Notes under the pieces: model-generated | Seen by the model: only the letters and a program-made list of their open reading frames with translations | Databases searched by the model: none | What the model was told of the DNA's origin: nothing | Made by a program: the position numbers and the translations under genes | Part shown: positions 48,950 to 61,080 of the stretch, in pieces | Layout of the letters: every line of letters starts with the position of its first letter | Position numbering within the stretch: position 1 is the first letter of the stretch | Origin: Octopus sinensis | Lineage: Eukaryota | Length of the DNA stretch: 64,000 nt | Reading direction: 5' to 3' | NCBI RefSeq assembly: GCF_006345805.1 | Contig: NC_042997.1 | Location: 43,896,001-43,960,000 of the forward strand

Positions 48950-49740
48950 AATATAATAATAATAAAACATTGTGTACAGTGCTCAGGTGCACTACAACTC
49001 ATCTAAAGTGTATGTATAGTACATAGGGTAATGTACAAGCGTCAGGAAAAGAACAGTGCAAGAGTCATGACATACACATATGTGTATGAGTATGGAAGGG
49101 GGACAATCAGGTGTAGTTCTGGCAGATTTCAGAAAGCATGCAGTGTCATGGCAGTCAACAACTGACGCAAGCAGTTTGTTCCATGCTTCAGCAACTCTGA
49201 GCGTGAAAAAATGTTTCCGAAAGTCATGGGAGCTGTGCTGTTTTCTGACTTTGTAGGCATGTCCACGTGTGTTGGACACATGGAGATCAAAAAGGTGTTC
49301 AGTGTTGTTGTTGGTGAGGTGGTTGATAACTTTGTGGGTGTTTAAAGGTGTTCAGTGTTGTTGTTGGTGAGGTGGTTGATAATTTTGTGGGTGTTTACCA
49401 AGTCCATTGCCAGACGCCAGAGCTTCAGTGAATCCATGCCCAGGGAAACAAGGCGCTCAGAGTATGGTAGGTGTCTGATGGAGGGTATGTGTTTGGTTGC
49501 ACGTCTCTGAACAGATTCCAGGAGGTCAATGTTCTGAGAAAGATAGGGGTTCCAAACTGATGATGCGAATTCCAAGTGTGGTCGTACCATAGTTGTATAC
49601 AGCTTTAAATAGATGGCTGGAGAGCGGCTAACAAAAGTCTTGCTGAGTGATGCCAAGACACCCTCGGCCTTCTTGACAATTTTAGAGATATGCTTTGTCC
49701 AACTCCTGCAGGAGTTGACTGGCAACTGTCTAAACAGAGC
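48950..49740 (-). mobile_element. CR1-clade LINE 3' fragment
   Basis: LYTTMVRPHLEFASSVWNPY...LESVQRRATK...YSERL and NTRGHAYKV...FFTLRVAEAWNKL, with an (ATT)n-like tail. It contains a 53-bp tandem duplication at 49291-49396. Confidence 0.88.
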
Positions 49741-51235
49741 TTCAATGGCATCAAGCTCAATGGTCTCAGGAGCCCTGCAAGATTTATGGTCAGAGTGCTT
49801 TCCTCCAGACTAAAAATACATAAACATGGCTGACTTATTTGAACTTGAGCTGAAAGTTTATACTGGATGTTAATGTCTTACTTTCTGAGCTATCAAAAGC
49901 AACATGCACGAGTAGTCAAAAATTTTGATTTGTCTCTTGTATTCTATCCAAATTTATATTCCACATATGCTCACTGTAAGCATTAATTATAGTCTTTTGG
50001 ATCAGATCATGGTTGTGTAATGATCATCATCATCATCATCATCAATTAACGTCCGCTTTCCATGCTAGCATGGGAGTCTACAAATGCTAAGATGGCTTTA
50101 GCCATTCACAAAATAGCTTGTCATAAAGTAATGTAATCTTGCTTATAAAAGTAAAGTAGTAAACAAGGAACTTTAACTGATTATTGAGAGTTATATATTT
50201 CTTTACTACCCACAAGGGGCTAAACACAGAGGAGACAAACAAGGACAGAAAAACGGATTAAGTCGATTATATCGACCCCAGTGCGTAACTGGTACTTATT
50301 TAATCAACCCCGAAAGGATGAAAGGCAAAGTCGACCTCGGTGGAATTTAAACTCAGAACGCAAAGACTGATGAAACACTACTAAGCATTTCATCCGGCGT
50401 ACTAATGATTCTGACAGCTCACCGCCTTATTATTGAGAATTATAGATTGGTTAGTATTTCAACTGCGTCTAATTAATGGAGTAGTTTCATCTTCCGAATG
50501 TTAATAGTGAAATCAAAGGGTTTTTGCTGGTTCCAGAAACAAAGTAATCTACAATATTCCGAGCATGATCTAAAATGCATACCCTGAGCTCACATTAATT
50601 ATCACCATTCTATTTCTGGACATTTGTGTTGAGTTTCTATGAAATGAAGTGAGACATCTATCATTGTCAGGGACATCATGTAACATTCGGGAGGCACTTG
50701 TGGTTGAGTGAGACTGAGAAATAAATGCAAAGAAGTAGAGAAGTCATACGTCATGAGATGATAATACAGCTGTCATAAGCAACCAGTGAACTGCAGGGAG
50801 TTCTGAATGGAATGCCTAATGAAAAATTACCTTCAGTTTTTTTTTATTAGTGCAGCCAGCCATGTTTCATAAGGTCGGCTTCTCATTACAGCTTGTCCAA
50901 GTCAGTGATACAGGCTGGATATACCAATTTTTGCCAACACAGAAAGAAACGACAGTTATATAATGTTTGGTCAGTGTAACTTCTATACCAATAAATTTTT
51001 ATGACTATTGTAAAAAGCCTCACAGTTTTGCATTGCAATAAAAATATTTCCCATATTTGTTTTAATAAATTTATTTATTTAATGATTCTATGAAAAGGAT
51101 GGTCATGGTTAAAAAAAATATAAAAACGTTTTTGGCAGATGTAAATCCATTGATAGAGTTTTCTTTAATGAATTGTAGCAATGTTAATGGGTATTTAGAG
51201 AAATGGGTTCATGAGTTGACCAAATGAATAAATTT

Positions 51236-51297
51236 TCAAATATCTGCATCATCAAACTGGCCAGATTCCATCGGTTGTTCTTCATTTTGATTTTCTT
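51236..51297 (-). CDS. CLNS1A: CLNS1A/pICln terminal coding exon
   Basis: ttctag|AAGAAAAT...ATTTGA encodes (E)ENQNEEQPMESGQFDDADI*, matching the pICln C-terminal GQFEDAD motif. AATAAA signals lie downstream on the minus strand (51070-51079, 50843-50848). Confidence 0.9.
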
Positions 51298-51689
51298 CTA
51301 GAAATAATGAAGAAAAGAAAATTAAATTAAGAAATATTCACAGATTAGCTTTCTTTCTGACTTGATTCAATGTTTGAGATTAATAAAAGAAGAAAGATAA
51401 TGTGGTAACATTCATGCATTCCTTAAACTTTTAGCATTTAAAATGGCCAAATCCAACCAAAGTATTCTACCTGCTCCATGTTCAAATTGGCCAGATCTGG
51501 CCTTTCATACCTATTCTACAATGTCATTCTAAAAATATGCAGTCACACCATTGAAATCTTGAAGCTATAAGATAACACATGATTAATTCAAAACAATCAT
51601 CATCATCATCATCATTTAGTGTCCGCTTTCCATGCTAGCATGGGTTGGACGGTTCAACTGGGGTCTGGGAAGCCAATAAATAAGTACTT

Positions 51690-52930
51690 ATTTATTCACA
51701 GGCCTTTAATGAGGACTTTACACGGTCCTTAAATTGCAGTCTTGACTTCTGCTGGGATTACCTTCCACTAAATTCCCCAAATAGCATCTGTTTAGGGATC
51801 CTGCTTTCATTCATTCAAACAAAGTATCCAATCCAATGTAACTGGTGTTTGTGCACCTTTGCCTCAATACTCAGGATACTGGCTTTCCTCAGGACCTGTG
51901 GATCTGGAGTTTTTAAGGTTCAGCCAACATTCAGAATGTGTCTCAGACATCTCTGATGGAAGCATTCAAGAACCATTACATGACATTTGTAAAGGGTCCA
52001 CATGAGTAAAGGAGCGATTTCAGTACACATGCACAGTAGACAGCAATTTTTGTTCGCCTTGTGATGCCATGTTGGGACCAGGCATAAGACTCAGGAGACC
52101 TGAAGGAATCAGTTGTTCTCTGCAGCTTGAAAGACATTTGGTTCCACAGATATGGGTTTTCTGGTGCAGTCTAGAACATTACACCAGTCTTGTCCAAGCT
52201 AATGCTGAGTTCAAATGCCTTGCAAGAAGCACAAATACGATTCACAAGTATTTGCATATCATCCAGTGTATGAGTAACTAAGTCACAGTCATTTGCATAA
52301 ATGTCATGAATAAGAGACAGGAAAACTTTTGAATTGATGCAGGTTAGAAAGATGGTCAGCAGATCGATACCTAACATATATCCCAGGGGAGCTGTCCACA
52401 GCAAAAGCATGAGTAAGAGTAGCAGCAAAGTACAGAGAAAAGAGAGTTGGGGCAAGAATGTCATCCTGCTTGACACCATTCTCTACAAGAATGGGTCTCA
52501 CCATACCACCACAAACATTGACCCAAGCCCCCATCCCATCATGAAATGATTTGATTATTGATACAAAGTGATCTGGACACCCAGGCTAACCAAGTATTTT
52601 CCATAGGGAGGCCTTATTCAGTATCAAAGGCCTTGGTTAAATCAATGAATACCTGGACAAGATCCATATTCTGCTCATAGCACTTCTCCTGCATTATGAA
52701 AATCATATCCATCATTCCTCTTCTAGATTGGAAACCACATTGAGATTCAGGTAGGACATAATTTACAAGACACCACCTATTCAGGTGGGTAAGAAGAATA
52801 CTTGCCAGAACCTTGCCAGCAGCTGATAGAAGAGCAATGCCTCTGTAGTTGCCACACTCTATTCTGGCTCCCTTTCTTTTATAGAGAGGAAGAATAATTG
52901 CATCCCTTGAGGACTTGCCACATTATATTA
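51690..52930 (-). mobile_element. Decayed RTE (BovB-like) reverse-transcriptase fragment
   Basis: Frameshifted NYRGIALLSAAGKVLA, ESQCGFQ, ENGVKQDDILAPTLFSLYF and YANDCDLVTH (degenerate YADD). Confidence 0.8.
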
Positions 52931-53158
52931 CTTCAGGTTGTGTAAAGTGACTGAAGTTGTGTTTTGCCTGTGAGCCAAATCTAATACCAGGGTTGTAGTT
53001 ACCCAAAACCAAAAGAAATGAAACAAAAGAAAATACAAGATACTTAAAAGGAAATATTTCATCAAAAATACTTCCAAAGTTTGTTTAGAAAAAAAGTACA
53101 ATAAAAGCGAATTATATAAAGTTAGATTCCTTTGAAAAGTAAGAATGGTAAGAAATAC

Positions 53159-53293
53159 CTGAAGTTAAAACGCCATTTGTAGAATGGCTGCTGTCTACAA
53201 AAATATTTTCTAGATGTTGTAGAGTTTCTTGGCCTCGGATAGACAGGTTCGAAAGACTGTTGGCGCTCTCCTCGTAGTCAACAATTTCATCAG
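53159..53293 (-). CDS. CLNS1A: CLNS1A/pICln internal coding exon
   Basis: 135-bp phase 1-1 exon (gttcag| ... CAG|GTATTT) encoding (T)DEIVDYEESANSLSNLSIRGQETLQHLENIFVDSSHSTNGVLTS. It resembles the pICln YEEGLSHLTAEGQATLERLEGML segment. Confidence 0.88.
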
Positions 53294-53891
53294 CTGAACA
53301 AAAGTTGAAACAGAAAATGACAAATAATGTTTAACATTATCAAATAATAAAATAAGCAATTACATTCTGGAAGAGCTATTTTGGGCTTTAACCCCTTACC
53401 CAACAATTATTTTGAAAATAAATGTATTTTTTCAGACATATTTTTTAATTGTTTTATTTTACTATGTTTTGAATGGTGATTTCGAGGTATATTTCAAACC
53501 TTATTTATTATGAATTTTAATTCAATAATATTGATTTTAAATTACCGCTTTGGGCAGAAACGAGTTAACCCATTTTTAGATGAAGGAACTCGTTTGCTGT
53601 CGATTTTGGCGAGTCTATCTTTTGACGAGTTAACTCGCGAGAGATGGAAAAAAACGATTTCGGTCAAAACACATATATTCCTTTCTGCTGGGTAAGGGCT
53701 TTAAAAAAACCAAACACAAAAGGACTAAATTCACTTTTGTTCATTTCTTAATCGTATTACATCAAACCCGTGTAACCTTCCGCCAGTCACAATTCCACAT
53801 CTCAAGAGCAAAGAAGATAAGCATCAGCTGTATCTATTAGCTTGGGGAGATGCAGGATGTGGAAGTCTGGGATGAGGCTAGAGTTTTTTTT

Positions 53892-54278
53892 ATTCTTTTA
53901 CTTGTTTCAGTCATTTGACTGTGGCCATGCTGGAGCACCACCTTGAAGAGTTTTAGTCAAACAAATCGACCCCAGGACTTATTTCTTAAGCCTAGCACTA
54001 ATACTATCGGTCTTTTTTGCTGAACTGCTATGTTATGGGGATGTAAACACACCAACACCAGTTGTCAAGCAGGGATGGATAACAAAGATAGACACAAAGA
54101 CAGACACACATGTATGACGGGCTTCTTTCAGTTTCTATCTACCTAATCCACTCACAAAACTTTGGTTGGGCCAAAGCTATAGTAGAAGACACTTGCCTCA
54201 GGTGCCATGCAGTGGGATTGAACCCAGATGCATATGGCTGAGAAGCAAGCTTCTAACAAAACAGCCACAATTGCGCCT
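53892..54278 (-). mobile_element. SINE family A (diverged)
   Basis: Full-length, more diverged copy. Confidence 0.8.
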
Positions 54279-54860
54279 ATATCTAACAAGCTGGAATTAC
54301 GATGATGATGATGATGATGATGATGGTCATCATTGTTTTCACATGCACTTTTCCATGTTGGCATGGGTTGGTTGGAATGTGAGGTAGATTTTCTACAGCC
54401 AGATGTCCTTCCTGTTGCCAATCTTCACTTGTTTCCAAGTAAGGGAATTCCCATGACCAAACATCTTTCCACAGAACACTGGAAACAAAGGACACTGCTT
54501 GCAGGATGGTAAACACTCATACACTATCAAGACAGTATTACACACACCCACACAGATATATATATATGTATATATATGTATTTATATATATAAGTATATG
54601 CATGTGTATATATGTGTATGTGTGTGTATATATGTATAATGTATGTATGTATATAAATAATCATCATCGTTTAACGTCCGTTTTCCGCGCTAGCACGGGT
54701 TGGACGGTTCGACCGGGGTCTGGGGAGCCAGGGGCTGCTCCAGGCTCCAATCTTTATCTGGCAGTGTTTCTACAACTGGATGCCCTTCCTAACGCCAACC
54801 ACTCCGCGAGTGTAGTGGGTGCTTTTTACGTGCCACCTGCACTATATATATATATATATA

Positions 54861-55046
54861 CCAATTAAGGACTGAACACGAAAAGTGGACTGTCAACATG
54901 CTAAATATAGACGTCAAATCGCCATTCTCCACAAAAGATTATGTTCTCAAATCAATTTGAGAACATAATCTTTTGTGGAGAATGGCGATTTGACGTCTAT
55001 ATCTAGCATGTTGACTGTCCACTTTTCGTGTTCAGTCCTTAATTGG
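54861..55046. repeat. Long fold-back hairpin in CLNS1A intron
   Basis: 92-bp arms at 54861-54952 and 54955-55046, 2 mismatches, essentially no loop, (TA)n on both sides. Confidence 0.95.
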
Positions 55047-55138
55047 TATATATAAATATTTTAATCTTCGGATTCTTTTTTAATATGCTAGACCACTGGT
55101 TTTAATTGATAAATATCAATTTCTACCCTTAATTAATT

Positions 55139-56037
<899 letters not shown>

Positions 56038-56074
56038 CCTGTTGAGTTAAGTGCATGTACACGAACATCGAAAC

Positions 56075-57060
56075 AAATATCAATAGAAATAGTAGTTGTG
56101 ATACCTGTGTCGGTGGCACATAAAAAGAACCATCCGAACGTGGCCGTTGCCAGTGCCGCCTCGACTGGCTTCTGTGCCAGTGGCACATAAAAAGCACCAT
56201 CCGAACGTGGCCGATGCCAGCGCCGCCTTGGCTGGCTTCCATGCCGGTGGCACGTTAAAAGCACCAACTGATCGTGGCCGATGTCAGACTCCCCCCCTGG
56301 CACCTGTGCAGGTGGCACGTAAAAAGCACCCACTACACCCGCGGAGTGGTTGGCGTTAGGAAGGGCATCCAGCTGTAGAAACACTGCCAGATCAGACTGG
56401 AGTCTGGTGCAGCCCCGGCTTCCAAGACTCCGGTCGAACCGTCCAACCCGTGCTAGCGTGGAAAACAGACGTTAAACGATGATGATGATGATGATGATAT
56501 ATTATATCTATATGCTGATGACCTTGCTCTAATAGCTGAGTCACTATCAAAACTAGTTTCAGGTGTGGAAGCAAGGTTGAATCGATGGGCCTTAGAGTCA
56601 ATCTAGCAAAAACCAGAGTTTTAATAAGTAGGAAGGGCAGACAAATCACAAATCTCTTCAGGTAGATGGCCCTGCTTGATCAGTAGAAAAGGCGTAGGTA
56701 GAAACTCCATAAGATGTACCTGGTGTAAGCTATGGACACATGAGAGGTGCGGCAATATCAAATGAAGGTTAACTGGGAAGATAGTTTTTGTGTCTGGCAA
56801 ATGCTCGGAGGCAATAAACACCGAAAATGCACAGAAAACAGCTTCCATCACATGCTAAGGGGCAAAACTAGAAGTAGTTGATAGCTTCTGTTACCTAGGT
56901 GACCAAGTCAGTAGTGGGGGTGGATCCTCTGAGAGTGTAGCTGCTAGAATAAAAATAGCCTGGCAAAGTTCAGAGAGCTTCTACTTCTGCTGGTGACAAA
57001 GGGCTTCTTGCTCAGAGTTATATGTATGATGCATGTGTGTGAACAGCCATGCTGCTCCTC
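56075..57060 (+). mobile_element. RTE 3' UTR copy followed by a decayed RTE RT fragment
   Basis: 3' UTR with ~52-bp internal repeats and (GAT)n to ~56495, then YADDLALIAES and SFCYLGDQVSSGGG remnants. Confidence 0.8.
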
Positions 57061-57885
57061 ATCTACATTGAATATTTCCCATCACCCATCCATATTTCTG
57101 AGAATGACAACTGGTCAAGTAAAGAATTGTTCTTGGTTTCTGGGTAAAAGGTTGGTGAATCAGGATCATCTGCTACTGTTGCTAAATTGTACCACTTGCT
57201 AAGAAACTAGACTCACAGTAGTCCGGTCAGACTAGCTGTACCTTGATACTATAGCAAGTAAATTTACCAATGTAAGCAATGGACTGACGATGAAGCACTA
57301 CAAGTATTTTATTAACTTGTAGTACTGGCCTTAAAGTCTACAATGGACTTGACAAAAGCAGTAAATCTCTCTGGTGAATCCTCTTTTGAATACTAACATA
57401 AATATGAAATCTTTAGAGATGCACAAATGCATCTTACAAGAATATACTTTGCATTATTTTGACAATACTGAGTGAAGGCACATGGTTTAGTGGTTACGGG
57501 TATTCAGCAACCAGTTGTAAGGTTTGTGAGTTCGATTTCCAGTGGTGCATTGCATCCTTGAGCAAGACACTTTATTTCACATTGCTCCAGTTCATTCAGC
57601 TGGTAGAAAATGAGTAGTACTCGTATTTCAAAGGGTCAGCCTTGATACATTGTGTCATGCCAAATCTCCCTGAGAACTATGTTAAGGGTACACATGTCTG
57701 TGAGGTGCTCAGCCAGTTGCGTGTTAATTTCACGAGCAAGTTGCTCTGTTGATTGGATCAACTGGAACCCTTGTCAGCATCCTGATGGAGTGCCAATCAC
57801 ATTGACAATATCAGGTTGAAATGATTTATGCTCACAAAAAGAATATTTTTAAAACAGTAAATATTAAAAACGAATGTCCTCTTAC

Positions 57886-57987
57886 TCTCATCTTCCTCGT
57901 CAACATCTTCAAATTCAGAATCTATCAGCTGGTTTTCATCTGGATGCAGAGCTGAACAAGTTGAAAGTGTTTGGAATATTAAATTTA
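57886..57987 (-). CDS. CLNS1A: CLNS1A/pICln internal coding exon (methylosome subunit)
   Basis: 102-bp phase 1-1 exon (ttgcag| ... |GTAAGA) encoding NLIFQTLSTCSALHPDENQLIDSEFEDVDEEDE. It matches the pICln MFTAMCECQALHPD + acidic tract. No upstream exons were found in the window. Confidence 0.9.
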
Positions 57988-59601
57988 CTGCAAGAGAGAA
58001 AAAACAATATTTAAATTCAATTGAAAGATCTTTTGTATTCAATCATTTAACATCCATTTTTCTATGCTAGCATGGATTATGGCCAGGTGTTCGTTTTGTT
58101 GCCAACCATACCTTGTTTTTCAAGTAAAGGTGTTTTCTTATCCCATAGAGTCAACACTGTAAAGCGTTTGGCGTTTGGAAGTGCATCCGACTGTAAAAAT
58201 CATGCCAAAACAAACACAGAAGTCTGGTGCAGGTTCCTGCCCAGCCAGCTCTGGTCAAACCGTCCAACCCATACCAGCATGGAAGGTGGACGTTAAACGA
58301 TGACAATCTTCCAAAGAGCAGAGTGATGCAGTTACGCTATGCAATGTTAAAATTGATGCAAGTATTCTCACATTCAGATAGAACACGTGCATATATGTAT
58401 ACAATGGGCTTCCATTCAGTTTCCACTTAGACTTGCTCATGGTGCTACAATGTGGGACTGTACCTGACATCATCTTGTTACAAAACAAACTACAAAGCTG
58501 TACCTTTGCCTATACGTAAACAACACTTAATTGATTTGATAGAAACGTTTAGCACTTACACGTGCCCGAGTCCTGAGGTACTAAATGTATCTCAGTCAAA
58601 TCATCATCATCATCATCTTCTGATTGGTTTTCATTGTTTGTGTCATCGTCTGAAAAGTAAAGAATAAAGTTTTGAATTAAAACATTAAAGACGTCATATG
58701 ACAAATCCTCATCACTTCAACTGTTCTTGTAGCCATTTCGACAAGTTCCAAACGAAGGGACATAACTTTGTTTTCTCAAACAATGTCGAAAACTTGAATC
58801 GAGATTATCCAAGTAAATGACAAGAACTCCTGAACGGGTTTTGAACCCGAAAACACCAAACAAGGGAGATAACTCTAATAAGGTCGGTTACTTAAAATTT
58901 TTCAATAATTAAGACATATACTGTCTTAAAAAAAATTTCAATGAAAACTTTTACTAAGGATTAATAAATAACGAGTACTTACCATCTAAAAGGCAGTTGA
59001 TGATCATATAAATACAAGGACGAGGAAAACTTGACTGGTCTTTAGAGACTCCATGCACAGATATTGCTGGATATTCTATGGAAAAACCTTTGTTATCTTC
59101 ATAGCCAACCCATGAAAGCCGACTAAAAAAAACAATACAAGAATAGGGGTTACTTAAATATTCGTCTAGAAAAAAGCTTTACTTGGTATCTTAGTATGAC
59201 TTCTGACATGTTGTTATCAATGAGATGCTGAGAAAAGCGAATGTAGCCCTATGTCTTGGAGAGAGAGAGAGAGAGAGAGAGGTAGAGACAATGAATATAA
59301 TGTTGTTTGGTTCCCTGGACAACCAGCTCATTGAATTAGCTTCCAAAGTGACCGAACAATCCACAAACCCATGTCATTCTCAACAAAGTGTGACAAAGTC
59401 GAATCTTTGAATTACAAACACAGTTCTTCAAACAAGATTCTATACAGTTTTTGCCTATCCAAATTCTCCCCCACAAAATGCTTGTATCAACCTGAGGCTG
59501 TGCAAATGCACTTGCCCAAGATGCCATGCAGTAGGATTGAACCCGTAACTACTTCTCAACAGCTCAGCCATGCTATTCATGTAGATTTTTAATGTTTAGA
59601 G

Positions 59602-60131
59602 CAGTGGTTCTCAACTGGGGTCCATGTAAGATTTTGTTGTGAAAATTTATCTGCTTTAAATTGGTTATGCTTCTGCAATACACAAAATATTAAAAAAATT
59701 TTCTAATACAATTCCTAATAAAATTTATTTAAGATTGATTGATTGATTCTAGTTTCAGTTCATGAGCTGTGGCCATGCTGGGGCACCGCCATCTTGATAT
59801 ATATGATTTTTAAAATATTTTTTCCTACTCTAGGCGTAAGGCCTGAAATTTTGGGAGAGGAGGCCAGACGATTAGATTGATGCCAGTACGCAACTGGTAC
59901 TTAATTTATTGACCCCGAAGGGATGAAAGGCAAAGTCAACCTCGGCGGAATTTGAACTCAGAATGTAAAGGCAGACAAAATATCACTAAGCATTTGACCC
60001 TAAGCTAGGCTAACATTTCTGCCAGCTCTCCGCCTTTATGATTTTTAAAAATATTGAATGGCTAGAAGGGTCTGTCTGAGTAAAATAGAAATCAAAGGGG
60101 TCCATAGGTGAAAACTAGTTGAAAAACACTG
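59602..60131. mobile_element. hAT MITE with nested SINE
   Basis: CAGTGGTTCTCAAC...GTTGAAAAACACTG, TSD GTTTAGAG/CTTTAGAG. A SINE family C copy lies inside. Confidence 0.85.
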
Positions 60132-60384
60132 CTTTAGAGGAAGAAGAGCAGCCCATTGTCTCTTTTCAGCACCTCAGACACTGGTGGGAGGAAGATATCC
60201 TCGGATGTGGAGACCTGCTGGCAACACTGTGGACTTGTCTAAAGCTGTCCAACAATGGATTAAGTCTAAAGCCGTCCAACAATGGATTAAGTCTATCATC
60301 TAAAATATGATGACATAGTTAATACTACTTAATTAGAGAAACTGCAGCAAGAGATCATCCTTGGTTCTTATACTGACATTCCTT

Positions 60385-61080
60385 CTCTTACATGTTTCAG
60401 TCATTTGACCATGGCCATGTTGGAGCACCACCTTAAAGGGTTTTAGTCGAAGAAATTGACCCAAAGACTTATAAACACACTATTATCAGTTGTCAAGCAA
60501 TGGTGGTGGGGAGAGGCAAATTCAGACACAAAGACACATAAATACACACACAACAAGCTTCTTTCAGTTTCCGTCTACCAAATCCACTTACAAGGCTTTG
60601 GTTGGCCCGAGGTTATAGTAGAAGACACTTGCCTAAGGTGCCATGCCGTGGGACTGAACCTGGAACCATGTGGTTGGGAAACAAGCTTCTTACCACACAG
60701 CCAGGCCAGCAAATAGAGCAACTTTCTACATACTCTTTTACTTGTTTCAGTCATTTTGACTGCGGCCATGCTGGAGCACCGCCTTCAGTCGAGCAAATCG
60801 ACCCCAGTACTTATTCTGTCGGTCGCTTTTGCCAAACCGCTAAGTGACGGGGACGTAAACACACCAGCATCGGTTGTCAAGCAATGCTAGGGGGACAAAC
60901 ACAGACATACATATATACGACAGGCTTCTTTCAGTTTCCGTCTACCAAATCCACTCACAAGGCTTTGGTCGGCCCGGGGCTATAGCAGAAGACACTTGCC
61001 CAAGATGCCACGCAGTGGGAATGAACCCAGAACCATGTGGTTGGTTAGCAAGCTACTTACCACACAGCCACTCCTGCGCC
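60385..61080 (-). mobile_element. Two tandem SINE family A copies (~60385-60705 and ~60731-61080)
   Basis: Head-to-tail copies. Partial copies also lie at ~19175-19330, ~27176-27340 and ~61772-62015. Confidence 0.8.

Noticed and set aside
60244-60295. 26-bp tandem duplication; similar small duplications at 13345-13410, 44725-44800 and 49291-49396
   Set aside because: These are ordinary local slippage duplications with no further structure.
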